Assembly (NCBI GenBank): GCA_963828465.1
Contig: CAWHEU010000025.1
Span: 142,103-206,102 of the forward strand
Direction of reading: 5' to 3'
Length of the DNA: 64,000 bases
Origin: an uncultured Acidobacteriota bacterium
GTDB lineage: Bacteria; Actinomycetota; Acidimicrobiia; Spongiisociales; ZC4RG35
The first letter of the stretch is position 1; each line of letters opens with the position of its first letter. Positions 39,610 to 49,546 of this stretch are shown piece by piece. The notes beneath the pieces were generated by a model. The model had not been told where the DNA came from, did no database searches, and saw only the letters and a program-made list of their open reading frames with translations. Both the position numbers and the translations under genes were made by a program.

Positions 39610-40629
39610 GTGGCCTCTCGCAAATGTGCTCAGTGCGGCGCGGGTGTCGCGGCCGACGAACAATTCTGCCCGAACTGCGGTTCGTTCCTCGATCCGTTAG
39701 AGCCGGATGCCCCAAAGGGCCGGGAAAATGTGATCTCGGTCAGCTCCGACGGCAACTACGAAGAATTCGAGCTGAGCACCCCCCCACCCGCCGGCGACCG
39801 CTCGAGCACGGGCCGCGGCCAGGTCACTTGCCCGTCATGTGGGGCCAACAACCCGGCCAACAACCGTCATTGCCAGGAGTGTGGCGCCCGGCTCAGCCAA
39901 GGTCCGCTCCCCACCGCACCCCGTCCTGCGGTTCAGGCGACAGCAGGCGTGCGCGCCGCCCTCGCCATCAGCGCTTTGCTGTTCGGTGTCGTCGTCATCG
40001 CCCTGCTCTTCAACATCTTCAGTGATGACCCCGCGGCAACGGCCACCAGCACGACCCTCGCCTCGAACACCAGCACCACAATCGCCGAGCTCGCTCCGAT
40101 CGACATCCTCGACGTCGAGTGCAACCAAGAAGGCGTGGGCTCTTTCGTCTGCGACAACCTGATCGATGGGACGGAGACCGAATACCAGTTCGACTACGAG
40201 GCAGTGCCTGAGGGCGAGGCGATCACGATCAAGCTCATCTTCGACCGTCCGACCGTTGTGCAGAGGATCGACTGGGTCAACCTCGAGGATGCAACACGTC
40301 TCAAGCGGAACTACCGGGCCCGAGGCATACAGATCGCCGCCGACAACTCGCTGCAGCCGCTCCTGCATCAACTGGAAGACCTGGCGGGAAGCCAGCCGGT
40401 TGCTTTCGCCGCCCTCGACGCCACATCGATCGAGATCACGATCGAGAGTGACTACCCGGCAGAGGTGGTCGACGAGGAGAGGTTCACCGAGATGGCGATT
40501 CAGGAGATCAGGGTCATCGGCCGCCCCGGAAGCATCACCAACGGAACCAACGGCGCCACGCCGACCACGGTGCCGGGGTCGACCACCGTGCCCCCCACCA
40601 CTGCGCCCCCGACAACGGCTGCCTCGTAG
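39610..40629 (+). CDS. Double zinc-ribbon membrane protein with a C-terminal beta-sandwich (discoidin-like) domain
   Basis: CAQC..CPNC, CPSC..CQEC, one TM, NLIDG..EIRVIG, Pro/Thr tail; AAGGAGG RBS. Confidence 0.7.
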   Translation: MASRKCAQCGAGVAADEQFCPNCGSFLDPLEPDAPKGRENVISVSSDGNYEEFELSTPPPAGDRSSTGRGQVTCPSCGANNPANNRHCQECGARLSQGPLPTAPRPAVQATAGVRAALAISALLFGVVVIALLFNIFSDDPAATATSTTLASNTSTTIAELAPIDILDVECNQEGVGSFVCDNLIDGTETEYQFDYEAVPEGEAITIKLIFDRPTVVQRIDWVNLEDATRLKRNYRARGIQIAADNSLQPLLHQLEDLAGSQPVAFAALDATSIEITIESDYPAEVVDEERFTEMAIQEIRVIGRPGSITNGTNGATPTTVPGSTTVPPTTAPPTTAAS

Positions 40630-40640
40630 CGGCAGAGGCC

Positions 40641-41863
40641 TCAGGCGGCTTCGATATCGACCCTGAGTTTCTCCAGCCCGCGGAACACCAAAGAGTGGAT
40701 GCGCCCTGAGGCCTCCCTCAACTCGATTCCGGCAACACGAGAAGCGAAGCTCCCGAACGCGGCTTCCAGTTCCACCCGGGCCAACGGGGCACCGACGCAA
40801 TAGTGGAGCCCGGCGCCGAATGACACATGGGGATTGGGCTGACGGGCCAGATCGAGACCTTCCGGGTCGTCGAAGACTTCGGGATCGTGGTTTGCCGAGC
40901 CAAAGAGGAGCCCCACTTTGGACCCCTTCGCCAAACGCACTCCGGCCACTTCCGTGTCGACAAGGACCCAGCGCTCGAACATCTGAAGCGGGGAGTCGTA
41001 GCGGAGTAGCTCGTCCACAGCCGTGTCCCGACAGCGGCCTCTCCCTGGTGCAGCCGCCGGTATTGACCATCGTCCCGGGCCAACGCCAACAGGCCGTTGC
41101 CGATCGCATGCACGGTTGCTTCGTGGCCGGCGTTGAGCGTGAGAATCGACGTCCCGACGATCTCCTCGTCGGTCAGGGTGTCCCCCGCGTCCTCCACGTC
41201 GACCATGGACGAGATCAGGTCGTCTCCCCTCCTCTTTCGCCTCATATCCACGACATCCTCGAGATAGGCGACGAAATCCCTGGTGGCGGACTCGGCGGCC
41301 TCGCCGTCGGCTTCGGAGACGTTCTGGTCGAACACCTTGACGATGGCGTGGCTCCAATCCAGGACCTGTTGATGGTCGCTGGCCGGCAGCCCCATCAACT
41401 CGGCGATCATTGCCACCGGAATCGGCGTCGCAAAGTCCTCTATGACGTCGAGGGTGCCTCGACTCCAGGGCTCGGTCGACGATATTGGCGGCCGCCTCCT
41501 CCAATCTGGGTCGGAAAGCCTCAGACGATCGCCGTGTGAACGCCTTGGAGACGAGACGGCGGAGACGGGTGTGACGGGGTGGTTCGAGATCGATGAAGGA
41601 CTCCCGGATGTATCGAGCCCACGTCGGCCACTGGGCGGGTAGATACGGCGGTAGAGATCCTGGTCGACCTCATCGGGCTCGAGCCGGTGACGGAAGTCAC
41701 GCCCGAAGCGATCCCGATCCTTGAGGATGGCCGCGACGTCGTCGTGGCGGGTGAAGAAGGTGAGCTCCCAGGTCGCGTCATAGAACGCCGGTGACTCCTC
41801 ACGGAGCCGGGCATATGTCGGATAGGGGTCGTCGAGGAACTCAGATGAGTACGGGTCGAACAT
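40641..41863 (-). CDS. Cytochrome P450, several frameshifts
   Basis: AGHEAT (I-helix), ELLRYDSP (ExxR), SFGAGLHYCVG heme motif, split across frames. Confidence 0.9.
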
Positions 41864-41881
41864 CTGCCTCCGGGCGAGACC

Positions 41882-43145
41882 CTATCGGGCCTCGCCCTTG
41901 GCGTATCGGGCGCCATCGGCCGCCGGCATTCGAAGATGTTGGGAGGCTGCGGCCAGGACGAGGAGCGTGATCACATAGGGGAGAGCGGCGAGCAGCTGAT
42001 TGGAGACCTCCACGACCTGCAGGTAGTAGACGAGGAAGGCGGCGCCGATCACGATCTGGATGATTGCGGCGCGCAATCTCGAGCGAACAGCGGAATAGAC
42101 CCCAAAGGCGATCAGCCCGATCGCAACGGCGAGGATGAACGACTTCACCACCTCCGGCCCACGGAAGCGAAGCGAGTCGCCAAAGCCGAAGACGAGGGAC
42201 CCACCAAGGACCCCAACCGGCATCCAGTTGCCGAAGATCAAGGCACCAAGGCCTATGAAGCCCCGGCCCCCGGTCATCCCCTCCCGGTAGATCCCGGCCT
42301 GGACCAGGACAAGGAAGGCGCCGGCCAGACCGGACAGCATGCCGGAGATGATCACGCCGTAGTACTTCATCCGCAGCACCCGAACACCAAGCGACTCGGC
42401 CGCCCATGGGTCCTCGCCACAGGACCGAAGACGAAGGCCCCAGGGCGTCTTCCACAACAGCCAGGCGGTGATCGGCACCAGGGCGAGTCCCAGCAGAGTG
42501 AGCCAGTTGATCCCGCCGGTGAAACCTCGGAGTATCCCGGCAACGTCGGAGAGGAAGAACAGCTCCAGGTTCTCCAGCCATCCGAAGAAATCCGGGCTGC
42601 TCCAGCCAAAGAGCTGACCGCCGGCGAGGACGGGTAGATCGATGTTGGGGAGACCGTCGATCGGGGGCGACTGGATGACCGAGCCTCCGGTCTCGGGGGT
42701 GTAGACGATGGAGGAGAGGAATCGCATGGCACCGAGCCCGAGGATGTTGATGGCGACGCCGGAGACGATGTGGTCGACGTTGAAGGTCACGGTCGCAAGG
42801 GCGTGGAGAAGGCCGAAGACGGCGCCACCCAGCACGCCAAGGATGACTCCCTCCCATGGGCCGAACATCCAGGCACCCCATGCCGCGAACCAGGTGCCGC
42901 TGATCATCATGCCCTCGAGACCGATGTTGACCACCCCGGAACGCTCCGAATAGAGACCACCCAGTCCAGCGAGAAGAATTGGTATCGCCAGCCGGAGGGC
43001 GGCGCTGGCCGTGCTCCGGGAGGTCAGGTCGGAAGTGCCGGTGACCAGCTCGGCGATGAGTCATGACCAGGACAGCGGCTACGGCGATCATCACGACCCG
43101 CACGCCCCGATCGGCCTTCCGATAGCGATCGACCAGAGTGCTCAT
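41882..43145 (-). CDS. Nucleoside/sugar ABC permease (NupC-like), frameshifted near 43020-43070
   Basis: VNIGLEGMM, GLRLRSCGE, GRGFIGLGALIFG, LPYVITL. Confidence 0.88.
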
Positions 43146-44260
43146 GCCGCCTCCGCCGAGGTGACCGGGTCGAAGTCGGTTGCCGCCGCCGCCGAGGCAA
43201 TGACGCGGCGCTGGACGTACTTCGAGATGACCTCGTAGACGATGACCACGGCGAGCACGACGATCCCCTGAATGATCGTGACGATCTCCTTCGGCACATC
43301 CCTGAGGTCCAGGATCAACGCCGACCTCTGCATGAACCCGAACAGGAGGGCGCCGAAGGCCATGCCCACCGCGTTGTTCCTTCCCAGCAAGGCCACGGCG
43401 ATGCCGTTGAACCCGTAGTTGCGGGGGAAGTCCTGCGGGTACTGGTGGTAGAAACCGAGGAGCGGCGCGATCCCGACCAGACCGGCCAGCCCTCCCGAGA
43501 TGAGCATCGTCCTGATGATCATCTTCTTGGGGTCGACGCCGCTTGCGTTGGCCGCCGTCGGGTTGATCCCGCTCGCTCGGAGGTCGTATCCGAAGCGACT
43601 CTTGTTGACCAGATAGTGATACCCCACACCGAGGGCGATGGCGATGATGAGAAACCCTTGGAGGTTTGCCCCGGCCCTGACCTCGATCCCGAACGCCGCC
43701 AGCAGCGGGGTGAGAGAAGGTATCCAGCCCGACTCGGGGATCAGATCGGTCGCAATGGTGAGACCGGCGGTCTCTGCCCGGAACACATTGAGGAACAGGT
43801 AGGCGCTGAGGGCAAACGCGATGTAGTTGAGCATGATCGTCGCGATCACCTCATGGACACCGCGCTTCACCTTGAGATAGGCCGGGATCCATGCCCAGCC
43901 GGCGCCGACCAGGACCGCCACCAGGAGGATCGCGGTCACATGAAGGACCGGTGTAGTCGAGATCTGCGCCCCGACGTACGCGGCGAACAACGAGGCGAGC
44001 AGGTAGGTGCCCTCGACGCCGATGTTGAACAGCCCCATCTTGAATCCGACCGCCACGGCGAGAGCAGAGACGAACAGAGGGATGGCGTTGTTGACCGTGA
44101 TGATCAGCGACTCGGCGGTGGTCCCGAAAACCCACATCTCCTTGTAGGCAGTGAGGGGATCGATGCCGACCAGCAGCAGGGCGATGGCGGCGAAGCCGAA
44201 GGCGATGATGAGGGCGATCGCCGGCGCCACCACCGCGGTAAGGAACCTCCCGGACTTCAC
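43142..44260 (-). CDS. Nucleoside/sugar ABC permease (NupB-like)
   Basis: LFNIGVEG, HEVIATIMLNY, GFNGIAVALLG. Confidence 0.9.
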   Translation of the reverse strand: MKSGRFLTAVVAPAIALIIAFGFAAIALLLVGIDPLTAYKEMWVFGTTAESLIITVNNAIPLFVSALAVAVGFKMGLFNIGVEGTYLLASLFAAYVGAQISTTPVLHVTAILLVAVLVGAGWAWIPAYLKVKRGVHEVIATIMLNYIAFALSAYLFLNVFRAETAGLTIATDLIPESGWIPSLTPLLAAFGIEVRAGANLQGFLIIAIALGVGYHYLVNKSRFGYDLRASGINPTAANASGVDPKKMIIRTMLISGGLAGLVGIAPLLGFYHQYPQDFPRNYGFNGIAVALLGRNNAVGMAFGALLFGFMQRSALILDLRDVPKEIVTIIQGIVVLAVVIVYEVISKYVQRRVIASAAAATDFDPVTSAEAA

Positions 44261-45787
44261 GATGCTTTCTTCTCTCCTGCGCCGGTCATGTAGGACCCGA
44301 GGATCTCCGGAGTGATCTCAGACGGATCCAGCTTCGCCACCAGCTTGCCCTCGAAGAGGACGTGGATCGTGTCGGAGAGACCGATGAGCTCGTCGAGGTC
44401 GGCGGAGATGAGCAGGATCCCCATTCCGGCGGCACGGGCAGTCTTCAGCTCCTCCCAAACCGCGGCCTGCGCGCCGATGTCGATGCCACGGGTGGGCTGC
44501 GCTGCCAGTGAGGACAGTCGGGTTGGCCATGATCTCCCGGCCGACGACCAGTTTCTGCTGGTTCCCACCGGACAGGGCGGTGGCCGGGACGTCGACGTTC
44601 GGAGTCGCGACGTCGAATCGCCGCACGATCTCGGCGGTGTGCTCCCGTGTTCCCTTCTTGTCGATCCAGATGCCGTTGGCATAGGGCTCCTTGTATTGGT
44701 GGCCCAGCGCGGCGTTCTCCCACAGGGGCGAAGGGAGGAGCAAGCCCTGGCGATGACGATCCTCGGGGATCAGGCCGATTCCGGCAGCCCTGCCGCTCCC
44801 TCGTCGTGCAGGTCCACCATCGACTTGCCGGCCAGGGTGATGCTCCCGGTCGACGTCGGCGCCAGACCGAGCAGGGAGTCGACCAACTGGGCCTGCCCGT
44901 TGCCCTCCACGCCGGCGATCCCGACGATCTCGCCCTTTCGCACGACGAACGTGATGCCCTCGAGCACCGGGCGACCTTCGTCGGAGAGGAGTTCGAGGTC
45001 CGACACGTCGAGGAGCACCTCTTCCTGGACGGTCGACTCCTTGGTCTCCGGGGAAGGCAGCTCGGACCCGATCATCATCTCCGCCAATTGGCGGGCGTCG
45101 ACCTCGGATGGCGTGGTGGTCCCCACCGTATGCCCGTCCCGCATGACCGTTATCCGATCCGCAATGGCCAGCACCTCGTCGAGCTTGTGAGAGATGAAGA
45201 TGATGGTGTGACCTTCTTCTCTGAGGTCCCTGATCGAGTCGAATAGTTCATTCACCTCCTGAGGGACGAGCACGGCGGTGGGCTCGTCGAGGATGAGGAT
45301 CTGAGCGCCGCGGTAGAGCACCTTGATGATCTCCACCCGCTGACGCTCTCCGACCGACAGCCTCTCCACCTTCTGGTTCGGCTGGAGTCTGAGCCCGTAG
45401 GTCTCACCGAGGATGCGAATTCGGTCCGAGGCGCCTTCGAAATCGATCATCACCCCGGACCTGGGCTCCGATCCGAGAATGACGTTCTCCAGGACGGTGA
45501 GGTTGTCGGCCAACATGAAATGCTGGTGCACCATCCCGATTCCGGCGTCGATTGCGTCCTTGGGGGTCCGGAAGTTCGCCGGTGCGCCGTCGATGGTGAT
45601 GCGTGCCTTCGTCGGGGCGGACCATCCCGTAGATGATCTTCATCAACGTCGATTTGCCGGCCCCGTTCTCTCCCACGATGGCGTGGACCTCACCCGAGGC
45701 CACCGTCAGCTCGACGTCCTTGTTGGCAACTACCCCCGGATACCGCTTCGTGACGCCCTCGAGCTGTATTGCGGGTGCCTGAGCCAT
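44257..45787 (-). CDS. Nucleoside ABC tandem ATPase (NupA-like), several frameshifts
   Basis: [48 protein letters not shown]. Confidence 0.9.
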
Positions 45788-45805
45788 CTCCCTGTCCAAA
45801 TAGAA

Positions 45806-45833
45806 CGCCGGGCCCAGGAATCTGGGCCCGGCG
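45806..45833. terminator. Perfect 12-bp stem-loop after the BMP lipoprotein gene
   Basis: CGCCGGGCCCAG-GAAT-CTGGGCCCGGCG. Confidence 0.6.
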
Positions 45834-45856
45834 CAAGTTAGCAGGACTGCCTTCTG

Positions 45857-47041
45857 TCAGGCCCCTGGCTCTGTGGGAACTGTGATCTCCCCGGCGATGA
45901 TCTGCTCGGCATATCCATCGAGGTCGGCAGCGATGTCGTCCACGAACCCACCACGAGGTCGAGTAGCCGATACCGCCCTCGGCAAGCCCGAGACGGAGCC
46001 GACCAGGGGTGAACTCGTCGTTGAGGAAATCGACGATTGCCTTGTCCACTGCGACATCGACCCGCTTGAGCATCGAGGTCAGGATGTGCTCCTGGAGGGC
46101 AGGGTCGCCCACGGCCTCGTACTGGTCGGAGTCGACACCGATCGCCCAGAGGAAGCTGTCGTCGGTGGACTGCTCGACGGCTGCCTCGAACAGACCGAGA
46201 CCCGGAACCGCCAGCGGCGTGGAAGATGACGTCCGCACCCTGGCCATAGAGGGCCAGAGCGGCCTCCTTGCCCTTGACCGGATCGTTGAACCCGGTGAAG
46301 TCGGGCACCTGGGTCAGGTACACGGCAGGGAGGATCGTGATGTCAGGGTTGGCTGCCGCCGCTCCGGCCTCGAACCCGGCCTGGAACTTGAGGATGAGCG
46401 GAGTCTCGACGCCGCCGATGAACCCCACGGTGCCTGTGGTGCTCTTCAGCGCCGCGGCGACACCCATCAGGAACGAGCCCTGCTCCTCGGAGAAGAGCAT
46501 GCATCGGACGTTGGGCATCTCCACCACGGTGAAGGTGTCGTCTTGAGGGCAGTCGTCGGTGATGGCGAACAGGGTGTCCGGGAACTCGGTGCCGACCCGC
46601 CACACGTTCTGGGCGAACGCGAAGCCGTTGGCGATGATCAATTCCATGCCGGACTCGGCCAGGAGCCGAAGGTTCTCCTCACGGTTCTCGCCACCGGCAT
46701 CGGGAGCCAGTTCCTCGCCCGTGACGCCGTAGGTCGCGATGGCATTGTCAAAGGCAAGCGGCGGCCAGGTCGTTGAACGACAGGTCGCCGCGCCCGCCGA
46801 CATCGAAGGCCATGCCCACGGTGCGGCCGGTGCCGTCCGGGGCTACCCCTGCTGTCGTCGTCGTGTCACCGGCAGCGGATGTGGTTGGCTCCTCGCCCGC
46901 CGTGGTGGTGGGCTCGGCGGCGGCGGTCGTTGTGGCCTCGCCCGCCGTAGTGGTGGTATCTCCGCCTTCTTCGCCCCCACAGGCCGCGAGCACCAGTGCC
47001 AGGGCGGAGATCAGGGCGAGATACCGCAAATAGCGTTTCAC
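45857..47041 (-). CDS. BMP-family (PnrA/TmpC-like) nucleoside-binding lipoprotein, frameshifted
   Basis: Lipobox LAAC, DVGGRGDLSFN, EEQGSFL, GFIGG, FNDP, AIGVDSDQ, SMLKRVD. Confidence 0.88.
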
Positions 47042-47098
47042 GCTGATAGTCCTCCATATATCTGAAACGGCAGGGAACCCCCTGCCCGACGAGTCACA

Positions 47099-47740
47099 TT
47101 AACGACCATTTTGGGTGTAAGTCGCCGCCAGCGGCTCGGGGCGGACCCAGTAGATCCAGGGGATCGAGATCACCGTGATCAATGCCTTGAGAACCACATT
47201 CACCCACAAGATCGACCACGCCACCTCCGGTGGGAAGACCCCGAACAGGGTCGCCAGCCCGACGAAGACAGCCGAGTCGACCGGTATGGCTATCGCGTTG
47301 CTGAACAGGACCCGGCCCCATTGCTTTTCCTCGCCGAACCGCGCAACCCAGCGTGAATACGCCTCGGTGTCGATCAACTCGGAGGCGATCTCGGCAATGA
47401 TCGAGGCCACGACGATGCCCCAGACCGGGGCTAGGACCACCCCGAACTCGAGCTGCGGCCCGGTGACCTGGTCCGGGGGGAGACGAGACACCAACCAGAA
47501 GAAGGCCGCCATGAACACGTTGATCCCGGCAGCGAGGAAGATCAGTGTCCTCGCCGCCGACTTCCCGGCGATCTTGTGCACCAGGTCGCGAAGCGTGAAG
47601 GTGAAGGGGTAGATGAGGGTGCCGGCGTCGACGGCCTGGCCCCCGATCTCGATGATGCGGAGACTGGCGATGTCGGCCATCATCTGCGCCGCCACATACG
47701 CCCCACCCACCAACAACAACGACCGAACTCCGCGGTTCAC
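47099..47740 (-). CDS. yhhQ: Queuosine precursor transporter (YhhQ/VUT family)
   Basis: GTLIYPFTFTLRD, ASIIA..SELID, R..FSN..AIPVDSAVF. Confidence 0.82.
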   Translation of the reverse strand: MNRGVRSLLLVGGAYVAAQMMADIASLRIIEIGGQAVDAGTLIYPFTFTLRDLVHKIAGKSAARTLIFLAAGINVFMAAFFWLVSRLPPDQVTGPQLEFGVVLAPVWGIVVASIIAEIASELIDTEAYSRWVARFGEEKQWGRVLFSNAIAIPVDSAVFVGLATLFGVFPPEVAWSILWVNVVLKALITVISIPWIYWVRPEPLAATYTQNGR

Positions 47741-47767
47741 GGGGGCAAGTTAGCCGGTGACTCAGGT

Positions 47768-47807
47768 ACCCGAGGTTCTGCGTATCCGAGGCCGAACGCC
47801 CGGGTTC
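47768..47807 (+). repeat. Degenerate copy of the palindromic element upstream of the DUF559 gene
   Basis: ACCCGAGGTTCTGCG-TATCCGAGGCCGAACGCCCGGGTTC aligns with gaps to the reverse complement of 19575-19623. Confidence 0.55.
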
Positions 47808-47859
47808 AAACGACCGAGCTCTAGTAATCGCCGCCCCGACGTGGCACCGTCGAAGCGGG

Positions 47860-48778
47860 ATGGGAGAGAAGACTCGGCTGGTCATCCAGCACGCTCGGGC
47901 AAACGGCGGAATCATCACAACAAGCGAGGCCCAAGCAATGGGGATGGACAGGAGCGTGTTGGCGAGGAGGGTCGGAGAGGAGTGTTCACGCGGATCCAAA
48001 GAGGTGTCTTCGCCCTGCCGGGATCGATCATGACGCACGATTCGGATTCTCGAGGCGGCATGTCGGAAGTCTTGAAGCGGTCGTGTCCCACCATTCGGCC
48101 GGGCAGCTCCATCAGTTCGATGGACTGCCCTGGAGCCCGCCGACGGTGACCGTTCGCATCGGCGTCACCAATCGATCTTCCAGGCGTGTGATCGTCCATC
48201 AATCGACAGACATCTCCGATGATCATGTCGTATCGATCGATGGACTTGCCGGTGACCAACCCAGAACGAACAATCATCGATCTGGCGGCGTCAGTAAGCT
48301 GAGCGGCAGCTTGATTTGATCCTCGACCGGGCGCTGTCATCGGGCATCGTCGATCTGAAAAGCTCGCCCTCGTCTTCTCCGGTTAGGCCGACGAGGCAAA
48401 CCCGGGACTTCCAGCGTGCGGCAGGCTGCTCGAGAAACGGGAAGAGAAGTACACACCAGCTGACAGCGTCCTGGAACAGCGACTCCTCGCCATCATCGGC
48501 ATGCGCGGACTCCCACTGCCCGACATCCCAGTTCGCACCCCCTTGGCTCGTCCCGACGAACGGGCGCGTCGACTTCGCATACAAGGAACGTCATTTGATC
48601 ATCGAAGCTGATAGCCGGAAGTGGCATCTCCTGATGAAGTCGTTCGAAACAGATCGTCATCGGGACAATCAGGCACAACTGGCTGGCTGGCGCATCCTTC
48701 GGTTCACGTGGCGACAGACCATCGACGAGCCCGAGATGATCGCATCTTCGATTCGACGCCGCCCTGTCAATGTGAGTG
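47860..48778 (+). pseudogene. AbiEi-like N-terminal domain plus DUF559 (Vsr-like PD-(D/E)XK) endonuclease; multiple frameshifts (decay or sequencing error)
   Basis: HARANGGIITT..LARRV..RIQRGVFAL, SHHSA, then RVDFAY..LIIEADSRKWH..DRHRDN..LAGWRILRFTW. Confidence 0.75.
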
Positions 48779-48787
48779 ACGTCGTAG

Positions 48788-48831
48788 CTGAGGCGATTCG
48801 ACCCCGTATCCGGGCCGCAGAACCTGAGGTT
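48788..48831 (-). repeat. Copy of the palindromic element downstream of the DUF559 gene
   Basis: Reverse complement AACCTCAGGTTCTGCGGCCCGGATACGGGGTCGAATCGCCTCAG matches 19505-19546 at about 37 of 43 positions (manual alignment). Confidence 0.8.
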
Positions 48832-48845
48832 GCTGGGAACGACCC

Positions 48846-49511
48846 CTACTGGACGACGTCGAGCAGTTTCGGGTCGAGCTGGCCGTAGCCGGGGAAGATG
48901 GAGTCGGTGACGCCGGCGAACTCCCAGTGCCAGGGCTCCTGGGTGCTCCTGCCGCAATGAGCCCAGTCCGGGTGGACCCAGCCGAACCGGTGAGCATTTC
49001 CCTGCATCCACCGGAACGTTTCATCCGAACAGCCCAGCACGCCATTGCCGTCGGTGTAGTCGACGGCCCGGCCCCAACCATGGTTGGAGTGGCCGGGTCT
49101 GGCCGTGGGTGGCCCAGAGCACGCACGGCCGGATTTGACACCTGTCTGCACCTTGGAGCCAGTGGCCGGGTCGACTCCGTATACCGGCGTCTCGACCACA
49201 GGGCACCGTCGGTTGTACGCCGAGGCTTGGGTGCTGAAGGACCGGTAGCAGTCTTCGTAACTGAGTGAGACGCCGTCCTCCTCGGCAGCCTCCATCAGGA
49301 GTGCATACATGTAGGCCGCATCGCGCTCCAGGGTGCAACCGTCAAACGACATCAACCGGTCATCGGGCATTGATCCGTTCACGTAACCATCGACTTCGAG
49401 GTCGAGCGTGTAGGCCTCGTCGTTGGCCGGGACGTACTCGGCCGAAGGCGTGGGGGCCAGCGCGGTCGAGATGGTGAGGAGGAGTGCGAGTATGGGCATG
49501 CGTTTGCCCAA
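48846..49511 (-). CDS. Secreted D-Ala-D-Ala carboxypeptidase (peptidase M15B, VanY-like)
   Basis: Signal peptide, YRS, PGHSNHGWGRAVD, EPWHWEF. Confidence 0.88.
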   Translation of the reverse strand: MGKRMPILALLLTISTALAPTPSAEYVPANDEAYTLDLEVDGYVNGSMPDDRLMSFDGCTLERDAAYMYALLMEAAEEDGVSLSYEDCYRSFSTQASAYNRRCPVVETPVYGVDPATGSKVQTGVKSGRACSGPPTARPGHSNHGWGRAVDYTDGNGVLGCSDETFRWMQGNAHRFGWVHPDWAHCGRSTQEPWHWEFAGVTDSIFPGYGQLDPKLLDVVQ

Positions 49512-49546
49512 ACAACATCGGCCAAATTGGCCTCAGGCTTTAACGG

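Noticed and set aside
44257-47041. Programmed ribosomal frameshifting in split genes
   Set aside because: Multiple shifts per gene, no consistent slippery sites, and families not known to recode; sequencing error is more parsimonious.
47741-47860. preQ1 riboswitch upstream of yhhQ
   Set aside because: No recognisable preQ1 stem with an A-rich tail; the region is occupied by the degenerate repeat. An Rfam scan would be decisive.
47860-48778. Type IV toxin-antitoxin (AbiE) module
   Set aside because: No adjacent AbiEii nucleotidyltransferase toxin; the AbiEi-like domain is fused to DUF559 instead.
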